Of a stretch of 64,000 nt of DNA, positions 24,086 to 34,118 are shown piece after piece. The notes under the pieces are model-generated. The model saw nothing but the letters and a program-made list of their open reading frames with translations. It was not told the origin of the DNA and ran no database searches. The stretch is from Alloascoidea hylecoeti. Its lineage: Eukaryota. The stretch covers positions 186,001 to 250,000 of the forward strand of contig BCKZ01000004.1 of NCBI GenBank assembly GCA_001600815.1, read 5' to 3'. Each line of letters opens with the position of its first letter. Positions within the stretch are counted from its first letter, which is position 1. Made by a program: the position numbers and the translations under genes.

Positions 24086-24617
24086 TTCAATTAATTAATA
24101 AATTAGGATCTGATTAGTTGAAAATATTAAACTGGGGGATTTTGATGGATCATTGGCGGTTTTTATAGTATGACTACTCAAAGTTATGCACGACATTCTA
24201 GTTATTTCCGTATTCAGTCAAATCTTTCTTTTTTCTTTATTACTCCCAAACAAACTGTTTTTCCTCGTAATTTTTATATCTATTGAGACTTCGTAAAATT
24301 TATAGCCAATAGCAATGGAGAAATTTTTTATTGTGTTAACAGATCAAAGATTACATTTTTATATATCACTAATAATTCACCATCTTCAACAACAATCGTA
24401 TGAAATAACAATAGCATTGAAATACTTAATGAATGGGACCTGATGAAATAATAAAAATTAAAGATTTAACTGTCAATATATTTTCATGAGATTCTTTGGC
24501 TCTTTTCTCAGTATTAATATAACCTTGTGCTTCCGTGCACACTGTGGTTAACAATAGTCGCAAGACATAGTCATGTTCAATTAATTCTTCATCTTTTAAA
24601 TATTCATCAATGGCGAG

Positions 24618-25013
24618 TGTTGGATATATATTACACTCTTAGAACAGTTCACTAAAGAGTCGATTGGCTTTTTGGCGCAACTGGGAGAACAGGCACTTTG
24701 AACTTTAACATGGTAGCGGCGCCGCCACGAGAGGCATCAGGTTCGAGTCCGCCGTAGGACGGTAGTTTACATCAGTCTAGTTGAGGCTTAGTAGGGTAAC
24801 GCATAAATGGCCCGAAAGTAAAATGTCCGAGTCAGTCTGCAAGAAGTCCGAAACCCGCAAGATCACGGGGGTGAGCAGATATGGCGATTAGTAAAGTGAC
24901 CTGCCTAAGGTTGGGGGGTGTGTTGGATATATATTACACTCTTAGAACAGTTCACTAAAGAGTCGATTGGCTTTTTGGCGCAACTGGGAGAACAGGCACT
25001 TTGAACTTTAACA
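24618..25013 (+). mobile_element. Complete non-autonomous miniature LTR retrotransposon (TRIM-like), 396 bp
   Basis: Two identical 93-bp LTRs (24618..24710, 24921..25013), each TGTT...AACA. TSD GCGAG at 24613-24617 and 25014-25018. PBS TGGTAGCGGCGC directly after the 5' LTR. G-rich PPT AAGGTTGGGGGGTG directly before the 3' LTR. 210-bp non-coding interior. Confidence 0.95.
24625..24750 (+). promoter_or_regulatory. Putative Pol III type-2 promoter within the TRIM (TATA, A box, B box)
   Basis: TATATAT at 24625-24631; TGGCGCAACTGG at 24673-24684 fits A-box TRGCNNARYNGG; GGTTCGAGTCC at 24740-24750 fits B-box GGTTCGANTCC; 55 nt lie between the boxes. Confidence 0.65.
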
Positions 25014-25815
25014 GCGAGATTTTCACTATTACCAGTATACACTTTGTCATCTGTAATATATTTGATCAGGCCCATTTATCTTAAAGTTGACCTAATTCCA
25101 AATTTCCAATTTTGTAAAGATGAAATATTATTTGTTAATCTATGCAATGTTTTACCTACATCCATATTGCTTGTTGTTGAAGTAGTGCCAGCGCCGCTAC
25201 CATGTTGATTTATCATTTCAGCTAGCTTTGCAATATCTTCTGAATTCATATCTTGAATAATATCTAAATTAATGTCTGAGGATCTTCACTACTAAATCTA
25301 CAATATGTAGAATCAATGAATAACAAACTTATATTTCCTCTTGTTTTTATCGTCTCTCCGCTTCTTACAAAAAGTGGGAATCCACCTATATATCTAATAA
25401 AATAATTCAACTCTATTAGAAAACATGAGATATATGTATATTGAGTAACCAATCAAATCAAGTAAACAATATAATAATAATCACTCATATCTTCTAATAC
25501 AAAAAATTATATATTTTAAAAAATAATTAAATCTTGTGTTTTAAATGAAGAAGATTTAGTAAAATGGTTAGTTGTGATTAAAAGATGTAAAAAAAATTAT
25601 GAACAAAATTTAAATTAACATCAAAAGAGGGAACAGTTCTAATACTGATACTATTGCTACTACGACATAAATACTTACTTTTAAGAGTAACAGATAGAAG
25701 AAAAAATTACAAAGAAATATTAACATAATAATAAGAAAAATATCATCTTAATGAAAGAATGGCTTTTAAAAAAACTATGTAGCGAACGAAAGAGAGAAAG
25801 TAAAAGAAATCAAAA

Positions 25816-27213
25816 TCAAATACGAGCGGGAGCGTTATTCGGCTCTGGTCGTATTCCAATATCACATTCTCTACTCATAACTTCAAATATAGAAAGAGCT
25901 TCAGACTTTTCTTTCCTAGATCTAAGACATGGAGCAGCAATACTGTATACCCATAGTGTGCAAGACCATACAGCACTAAATGACAAAAAAATTAGCTTAA
26001 ATCCAAATAAATATTGCAGAAAAAGAACTTACCGATCTTGACAAGATTTCAATATCCCCATAATTTCTCGAGCGTGTTTTAATTGTTCATCAGCGTTAGG
26101 CATAGATGTTAATTTAGGTTGTCTTCTAGCTAGTAAAATATGGGCGGCGTGGAAAGCAATCCACATTATATGTTGTTGTTTTTCACAACAGCATATAATA
26201 GGAAAAACCAAACCTTTAGTTATTTCTATAAAAATCACTGGTCTTAATGTTCCTGGTAAAGTAGCAGCCCATTCCTCTATCTTATCAAACAATTGAACAT
26301 GAGTAGCGTCATCTATTTTTAGTTCTTCTCTAGTGGGAACATTTCGTTGATTAACTAAATTATTAGCGAGTCCTAATAGATAAAAGATATGAAAATAAAA
26401 CCAAGGTGTATCTCTGTCAGGAATGATATTATCTACACCAGACTCTGGACCCCATCTATGAATGTTGAATAAGATTGTCAGTCAAAAAGTTTCAAGTTCA
26501 ACTTTAGTATGCTATACTTACTCTGTTGGACTCCACAGAGTTATAACGCTGTTCCTTAAAGAAACAAATAAGTCTGAAAAAACGAGAGGCCAGAAACAAT
26601 ACCTTGTTATCTGTGAATCAAACGGGTAGGCAGCATCCCTACTACTCGCATAAAATGAAGGAGTGTTTTTAATTTCATGAAGTAAAGATAATGAAGTAGG
26701 AAAATGTGAAGTATGTTCAATGATAGGGTCAAATATTATTGTTGATAAATTTAAAAGAACACTAACAATCAAGCATCTGTGCAGGCATCTATCTGGTTTC
26801 ACTAATTCCTCATTCAACATTGATGTAGTAGTGTTCAGAAAAGTTAATGCGAAATCTTGTGGATAACAAGAGGAGTCAGATCTGTGCAAATATACCGCGC
26901 CACAGGTTTTTATTGCGGATAATATGAGGCCTGTATTATCGTAAAGTGCTACACTGGGCAATACTTCCTTAAAAAAAAGTAGACAGAAGGGGATATCCAT
27001 CCATTTTGAAAAGTTATTAACATAAGCTTCAACGACTTTTACTGCCAGCGGTTCCGTGATCTCATGATCTATATGCATCTCTCTTGGAAGATGTTCTTTG
27101 GCAAAAAATTGCACACACTCAATCAAAGTTTCCTGACGACTTTCATCAGGTAGGTATAGTGCCGCGTAGCTTGGCTTTTTTGCCTGAGTTGATGATTGTG
27201 GTTCTATAGACAT
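25816..27213 (-). CDS. Zn-cluster-less fungal TF-domain protein, copy B; exons complement(26522..27213, 26033..26455, 25816..25975)
   Basis: Introns 26456..26521 and 25976..26032 (GTAAGT..TAG) sit at the same positions and phases as in copy A. The spliced frame is open. Shared motifs WMDIPF, YPFDSQITRYCFW, AFHAAHILL, VWSCTLW. Confidence 0.75.
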
Positions 27214-27529
27214 GGTGTATTAAAAGGTGGAGAAGAGGAGAATCCAAGGAATTGATATGATTGAATTGTATGTAAGTTACCCTGATTGCCTCTTTCCTGT
27301 TATACATTGCAATTGTTGATGTGATGGTGATGATGGACATCGATTTAATGGTATTATTATGCTATTACACAGATGCAGTGATATGTACGAATCTCGTATT
27401 ATTTCCACATGCAGCCGATTGTTACATATTTTTCATTTTCGTTCACTTTGTTACTCCCAAACATACTTTTGTCCCCATTATTTTTATACATACGCATATG
27501 CATATGTCCTGAGGGATAGCGATGAGGGT

Positions 27530-27640
27530 GATTCATCCTACCATTTCTTGGCTTACCTGCAAATTTTTCGTCAAGAGACTTTGATTGAACCCGTCAATTA
27601 CTTTTAAAGGAATCTCTTTCAAAAAAGTTACCGATCTACC
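27530..27640 (+). pseudogene. Decayed N-terminal fragment of the same TF-domain family (fourth copy)
   Basis: Translates YHFLAYLQIFRQETLIEPVNYF* versus copy B YAALYLPDESRQETLIECVQFF; nucleotide similarity to copies B and C is visible. Confidence 0.55.
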
Positions 27641-28188
27641 CTAAGATATGTATTATCATGGGCGAAATTAAGTGGAATACCCATGGTATTCTAGGATCAC
27701 AAAGCATTATAACGGTTAGATGACTTCAACTGCAACTCAAAGAATACATCTTTATATTATAACTAATTAGATAGATAGAAAAGATTATATGATATATTAA
27801 TTTAAAAAGAATTTCAAAAGAAGGTTTAGATTTCAGAATTTTTTTTTAATTTTAATACTTTTTAAAGACAAAGACAATTCATATATAAAAAAGACCTCAA
27901 AAAATATATAGAAAACATGTTTATATAAAAATATAGAATTAATAATAAAAAAAAAATGTTAACTCAAGTTTTAGAGACAATTACTCTGTTTTCATAAAGA
28001 TATTTATGATAACTTTTTAATTGAATAAGATATAAAGATATTGCAGTTGAAATATTGATAATTAATAATAATAATAAAAAGATAATTTCATAATATATTT
28101 GTTATAACTATAAGGTTTTGTTTGCCTAATATTCTCCATATCGTTTATCATCGATAATTATAGAACGTTTATTATTTCACTTTTATAT

Positions 28189-29374
28189 TTAAAGATTTCT
28201 ACCTTTTACAACATTAACCCATTGAGGACCAATACTAGTTGCAGCAGCGGTGGCACCTAAAGCTCCAACAGTGAAATCACTAATTAAACCTCTTTCGGTG
28301 GACCAATGAGCGGTTAAAGGTAAATAACAAAGATTAATAATTAAGTCTTTATACCAATTAGCAGGTAAATGCTTCATTGAAACAACTGATTTTGTCATAC
28401 CATTAATTTGATCATAAAAAGTTTGTTGTTTACCACCACCTAATTTGTTTAAAAAAGAAGAATCTGATTTTAAATTACGGAAAAATTCTTTTGATAAACG
28501 AACTAATTCTAAAACAACATAAAAAGCCCAAAATCTACTACTCCAATTCCATAATTTTGTTTCAGTTTTTTTAGACATTGAAATAATTTTATGATTACCC
28601 AAATATGCAAGATTTTCTAAAGGTTGAAAGACTAATAAAGCCATTAATTTGAGATTGTTTAAATATCTTTCAAATTTTGGTGGTGGTGGGATAGGATTTG
28701 TGATTGAGCCATAATTACCCGATTGACGGTCACGAATATTGGCAAAAAACCAATCAAATAAGGGCAACATTCCCCAAAGTCTATTGAAAATTCTAACATC
28801 ACTAATAAGAGCAGACATTTTAGCCATCTTATCGGCAGCAGGAAGCATTTTCTCAAGACCTTTTGCCTTATCTTGAATGACATCTAAAGGCTTTGAAGTG
28901 CTGGCGGACTTTACAGAAATATAACGTTCGTTAAAGAATACATCGTAAAGAACAAAGCGAAGTCTTTTGAAGTTATCGAAATCAAGACCAAAAACTGCTA
29001 AGAGAGGGGCAAAAGATGGAAGAGCCGGCCACTCAACATGAGGTAATAAGTTCTCAACACACTGAATTAATTCTCTATATGGAGTAAGATCAATACCCGA
29101 AACACGTTTGATAAGTTCAGATGAGGCTTGGAGTGAGTATCCTACCAAAGCAAGAGTATTATCCAAGGGAAGTGGAGAAGATAAGATTCTATAGAAAAGG
29201 AGGTTTGGTTTTGTCAGTTTTATAGTTAGTTTCACAATAGGGTTAAGGTTTCATTCATGCATACTCGTTGGCTCTTGCAGTTCTTCTTCCGTAGTGGGAC
29301 TCCAGAATACTGAGAACCGTGTTGACATGCGCGTAGGCTGGTTGCTGGTCTTTGCCTCCAAAAGGGATCTTCAT
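28189..29374 (-). CDS. PEX11-family peroxisomal membrane protein; exons complement(29265..29374, 28189..29188)
   Basis: Motifs ISDVRIFNRLWG, FQPLENLAYL, WNWSSRFWAFYV, NLCYLPLTAHWS. Intron 29189..29264 (GTATGC..ACTAAC..TAG, phase 2) links an in-frame ATG exon (MKIPFGGK). Confidence 0.8.
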
Positions 29375-29668
29375 TGTCTTTTTTTTTGTTACTTTTCGCT
29401 ACTTTCAGTAAGTTATTGTTTTTGAGCGCGAAGGTTTCACTTTGTTTGGTTTGTTCGTTGTCCGTAGTACACCCCTACACCCCTTAATCCAGCCTCGTTC
29501 TTTTTGCAGCGGACCAACTGTCCGGTGCTCTGTTGGACCATTTTACACTACCCGTACCTTTCCAGTAATACCTCTATCTTGGACCATCATTTAGTGTACA
29601 AGCACAGGTTACCCGCCTTGGTGTATTTTCCACCTTCAAACCTGCTTTGTGTCAAATTGGGACTTCAA

Positions 29669-32341
29669 ATGGGTGCTGCGGAATCGAAGTTGCTTTTTAA
29701 AAAGCACATCTTCAGGCTGGCTGGACCCGACTTGTCCCCAACATCACAGTACTGGGACCTGTTCTGGAAACAGCCTCTATCGGCAAATGACATATTTTCT
29801 GTGATAACCACTTCTGATATTAGAACTTTACGAGATTCAAATGTCACCAATTTCAAACTTCTCGTAGAGATATTGATAAGAAAGTTGATCTTTTCAAGAA
29901 ATGAAATTATGGAAGATAATAATAACTTGCCACAACATAGCCAAACAACTTTGAACTGTGTCAGATCATTAACACGAATTATTCCTTTCATTTTTGAAAG
30001 TTCAAGTTTAAGTGAATGGACTTTTGAACTTCTCTGGTCTTTAAATGACCAGAATGTTAACGAAACATTAGGTTCAAACTTGTTAAATGCAGTTATTGAT
30101 TTACTATTCATACAAGGCTTAACAATACCTTATTTAATTACAAACAACAAAAATAATAATTATCAAATTTGGGTTAAAGGAATTGGTTGTAATAATACAA
30201 ATTTCAAAGAAACAACTTTTTCAGATTTAGTAATATATGACTCAAATAAAATTGAAATTATTCGTTTGATATTAGCTCTGTCTTCAAATTGCTTATATTT
30301 ACCTGCAAAAGAAGTTTCAAAAATTGGTTCCCATTGTTTAACTTTCTTAACTACTCAAATTTCGAAAATTAAACTATTATCACTGATGTGTTCGTTATTA
30401 AATCAAACGCTTAGTTATGCAAATGTTATAAATGATTCGCCTAATGTTTTATATGAGTTGTTTGATGACAAACATATTCAATACCAACTGACAACCTATA
30501 GTTTACAGCTTCTTCTACTGTTAATAGTATACCCCATTCCTCCCAACTCAGAACTAAATTCAAATCTAAACTCAAACTCTAATTCACCATCAAGTAAAAA
30601 AATAAATTTAGTTCGTTTCTATTTATCAAAACTTCATTCAAATATTGATCTTGAATTTTTAACGAACTCACTTATAACAATTTTACTTGCACCAATTTCT
30701 TTAAAAGGTCCATCATTTTTAAATAATTCTAAGAAAAATCAATTATTAACTTGGATACCAGAATTTTTAATGCTTACATGGGAATTAATTCAATGTAATA
30801 AACGTTTTAAATCATATCTATTTAATAATGATTATATATCACAATTCACTATAATTTATTATTATTATATTGATGATTATAAAATGAACTCAAATAAAAT
30901 TGGGATTGTTCGAATTTGTTCTTATGCTCTATTAACTATCACTTCTGATATTCAAATGAGTAATATCAATAATAATAATTTTGCTACAAGGCTTATAACA
31001 ATAAATGATAATAAATTAATAATTCCAATAAAATTTTCAAGTTATCAAGAATCATCAACAATTGGATTATTTTTAATTGATCAAATTTCATTATTATTAA
31101 GTAAATGTCCACCACATTTAAAATCTTTATCCCCTACATTATTAGGAATAATTTATAATATTTCTCTTGTTTTGAAAAATTCTTCTTATGATATTAATGG
31201 AGGAATTCCTTATAATACTTCAACACAATTAATTTCTTTAGTTACACAACTTAGTGGTTCATCAATTTTATCAAATAAAAAAAATTTACCAATTATTACA
31301 ATATTATTAAATTCAATTGGTTTATTACTTGATGTTAATTCAATCAATAATAATTCTAATAATTATTTAAAAAATGAAAATTTAATATTTGTTATATTAA
31401 ATAATGATATGGTATTTCGAAAATTAAATGATACAATTATTGGGAAAAGAAATAATTCAGAACGTGATTATGAAGGAGAAATAGGTGGAAGCAGTAAATT
31501 TAAAATAATCGATGATTCAGATAATGATGGTGATGATGATATTGATCTTGATATTGATGATTTAATGAGGCCTGTTGATATTCTTGATGGTTCATCAAAA
31601 GGTAAAGCAAAAGTTTCAAGTTCAACAAATCTTAATATTAATCTCAAAAATAATAATAATCATATCTCATCAACTAAATTAAAAGATTTAGGATCATTAA
31701 AAATTATTATTCATTTATTAAATACAGTTCCAAATTATATATCATTTTTTCAACCAATTACAGAAATATCATCTACTTTAGAACAACCATCACAAATAAT
31801 TGAACAAATTTCAAAATTAAAACTTGAAACAATATTTAAAGATACTAATACATTAAATAAACTAAAGGGGTATTCATTAGATCAAGTTGAATCAGTGAAA
31901 TTTAAATGGAATTTGGATTCTTTAGGTTGGTACGAAAGTATTATTTGGAGCCGTATATTTGAAAATGAATTAGGAATAACAACACCAAATAATAGCAATA
32001 ACAACAACAACAACAACAATAATAATAATAATGTTGGTACATCCCATGTGAGATCTTCCTCGATTTCATCCAATTCTTCATCTTCTACAACTACAACATC
32101 ACCTTATGATTTCTTATCAAGTATTACTAATTCTGTTAAATCTGTATCGAACTTTAGATCATTAGCATCACGGCAACAACTTTTACTAGGATCTGGTATT
32201 TGGAATCAAACACTTATCAAACTATTTAAAGTACAAGAGGTAGAACATCAAGGCCCTTCGTTTTTTCAACCTAAAGGTGCTGTTGATGCCGTTGCTGATA
32301 CTGTTCTTAAGAAACTTGGTAGTTTCGGTTTTGGGAGATGA
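29669..32341 (+). CDS. ECM30: HID1/Ecm30 (dymeclin-like) protein
   Basis: MGAAESKLLFKKHIFRL start (myristoylation-type MG); DIRTLRD..NF; LNCVRSLTRIIPFIFE; C-terminal F.W...SLGWYESIIW and GIWNQT.IKLF. Confidence 0.85.
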   Translation: MGAAESKLLFKKHIFRLAGPDLSPTSQYWDLFWKQPLSANDIFSVITTSDIRTLRDSNVTNFKLLVEILIRKLIFSRNEIMEDNNNLPQHSQTTLNCVRSLTRIIPFIFESSSLSEWTFELLWSLNDQNVNETLGSNLLNAVIDLLFIQGLTIPYLITNNKNNNYQIWVKGIGCNNTNFKETTFSDLVIYDSNKIEIIRLILALSSNCLYLPAKEVSKIGSHCLTFLTTQISKIKLLSLMCSLLNQTLSYANVINDSPNVLYELFDDKHIQYQLTTYSLQLLLLLIVYPIPPNSELNSNLNSNSNSPSSKKINLVRFYLSKLHSNIDLEFLTNSLITILLAPISLKGPSFLNNSKKNQLLTWIPEFLMLTWELIQCNKRFKSYLFNNDYISQFTIIYYYYIDDYKMNSNKIGIVRICSYALLTITSDIQMSNINNNNFATRLITINDNKLIIPIKFSSYQESSTIGLFLIDQISLLLSKCPPHLKSLSPTLLGIIYNISLVLKNSSYDINGGIPYNTSTQLISLVTQLSGSSILSNKKNLPIITILLNSIGLLLDVNSINNNSNNYLKNENLIFVILNNDMVFRKLNDTIIGKRNNSERDYEGEIGGSSKFKIIDDSDNDGDDDIDLDIDDLMRPVDILDGSSKGKAKVSSSTNLNINLKNNNNHISSTKLKDLGSLKIIIHLLNTVPNYISFFQPITEISSTLEQPSQIIEQISKLKLETIFKDTNTLNKLKGYSLDQVESVKFKWNLDSLGWYESIIWSRIFENELGITTPNNSNNNNNNNNNNNNVGTSHVRSSSISSNSSSSTTTTSPYDFLSSITNSVKSVSNFRSLASRQQLLLGSGIWNQTLIKLFKVQEVEHQGPSFFQPKGAVDAVADTVLKKLGSFGFGR

Positions 32342-32548
32342 CATAAAAGTAAGATATTTCTAGTTATACCGTATATATTGCTTTTTTTTGCATAATTTGT
32401 TTGATGTTATTATATATTATTTTATATTTTTTTAAAATCTTAGAATATTCAACCATCTTTAATTTATCGTTAGTATGATTTCAAAAATCACAATTAATAT
32501 AATCACATATAAATTTATGTTTATCTTTTTTTTTGTCCTTTCGTTTCT

Positions 32549-33231
32549 TTACCGTCTACCTCTACCCTTTCTTTTATTACTAACCACTTCAAACCCATCA
32601 TCATCAACAATTGGTCCATTATCAGCCATTTCAACATCTTCATTTTCACCTTCATGGCCATTACTATGAGAATGATTGTGATTATGCTCGTGTTCATCCG
32701 TTTCTTCAGCATTACCTGCAGCTGCTATACTTCGTGCCATTTGCTCCTGACTTTGTTGAAAATTCTTATATAATGTATCAACAGTTGTGAAATTATCCTT
32801 TGAACATTCACGATAAATATCAATTATTCTAGTTGCAATCTGTAAGGCTGTTCCATCATCAACTTGTGAATTAAATTCATCTTCCATTACATCAAGTAAT
32901 CTAGTTTCTATCGTTTCAGCATCGATATAATTCTCCTCTTAAAATAAAGACATAAATGTTAGTTATTTAATGATTAAACATGTGTTATTAGAATATAAGA
33001 AAACCTACCAAATAAATCGATGACAGAGCCAACTAACCAATCCCTTTTATCGCTTGAATCACCACCACCCCATTGATTAGAAACCGCAGTACTTAATGTA
33101 TTCCAACTATAAATAATTAAGGAAGTACCCAATTCAAATCGCTTTTGTGATTTCAGTTCTTGGAGCGTTAAAGGAGTTTCTTGCTCAATAATATAATTAT
33201 CAAGATTAATTTCAGTATTCATCATCGACAT
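32549..33231 (-). CDS. TSR2: Pre-rRNA processing protein Tsr2; exons complement(33009..33231, 32549..32937)
   Basis: WGG domain (AVSNQWGGGDSSDKRDWL), MEDEF..VDD, C-terminal VDDDGFEVV. 71-nt intron 32938..33008 (GTAGGT..AACTAAC..AAG) restores the frame. Confidence 0.92.
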
Positions 33232-34118
33232 AAATTATTTTGCTATTATGATGATTAAAAACGGACGAAATTTGAAATTTGAAATTTGAAATTTTGAATC
33301 TTTTTTTATTTTTTTGATTTCAGAAATTTCAATTTCGTTACAACATTACATTTTATAGTCACGTGGTCTGAAAATGTCAAGGAAGTACATCGTACCCCTA
33401 TGAGGACATGATTATCAAAATGTCGCTGAATTAATTTGACTAACTTTTAGGAAAATGAGACAAATATAAACATCTCTTGTGCAAAACATGATCACAGCAC
33501 TAAAATCTCCTAATTTATATATTAATATTGAATGCGAGAATAAGTAGATAAATGGCCAAGGGAAATTTAAAAATCAAGACATCCTGTTCAAAAAAATTAT
33601 GAAAATTCTACATGTAAATAAAAATGAAAAAAAATATTTCTTAACAGATCATCAAGTGAAAAATCAGATACTACCTTCTTCAGGTGCTCTATTATGCCAG
33701 CTCTTCTCGTTGCTACGCTAATGGACTTTTTGGGCCTTGAAATTGATTTCTTTGATCATTTCCTTCTCTGTAATACAAGGAGCGATTCCAACCATTGCTG
33801 TAACTTTATCATATATATATTTTCAGATAAATCGCTGGTATATCTATCCCTCAGAATATATGCATATGTATATGCATGATATAATAAAGTAAACGAAAAT
33901 GAGAAAATATGTAATAATCGGCTGTATGTGGAAATTACCTGAACTTTGTGCATGTATCTGCATATCATAAAACACAAATATTAAACCCATCATCACCATC
34001 ACATCATCAATTGCAATGTGCAATGGGAAAAAAACAATCAGGGTAATTTATATACAATTCTATCATATAAATAGCTTAGATTTGGCTATTTTGCCTTTTT
34101 CCTCTCCACCTTCACACC

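Larger units (their letters stand above)
24426..25249 (-). mobile_element. Decayed Ty1/copia element: 5' LTR end, PBS and gag remnant (interrupted by the TRIM)
   Basis: Minus strand reads ...CAACA|TGGTAGCGGCGC (LTR end at 25203, PBS 25202..25191). The ORF from ATG 25249 reads through the junction (MNSEDIAKLAEMINQHGSGAG), then LQNWKFGIRSTLR*MGLIKYI, a copia gag N-terminal pattern. The frame continues (ENLA-IDEYL...LRLLLTTVCTEAQGYI...AKE) once the TRIM and one TSD copy are removed. Confidence 0.75.

Noticed and set aside
24673..24760. tRNA gene suggested by the A and B boxes
   Set aside because: I cannot build an acceptor stem or anticodon arm; the boxes straddle an LTR end and PBS.
24711..24920. 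Canonical hammerhead ribozyme (retrozyme)
   Set aside because: No CUGANGA on either strand. The minus strand has CTGATGC and CTGATGT but no GAAA partner. Only the topology resembles a hammerhead.
24618..25013. CRISPR-like repeat-spacer unit
   Set aside because: Eukaryotic context, only two 93-bp repeats, and LTR hallmarks explain it.
29504..29668. Upstream TTG/GTG-initiated extensions of HID1 (likewise MET3, PER1 and the Rcd1-like gene)
   Set aside because: Artefacts of bacterial-style start codons; family similarity begins at or after the first ATG.
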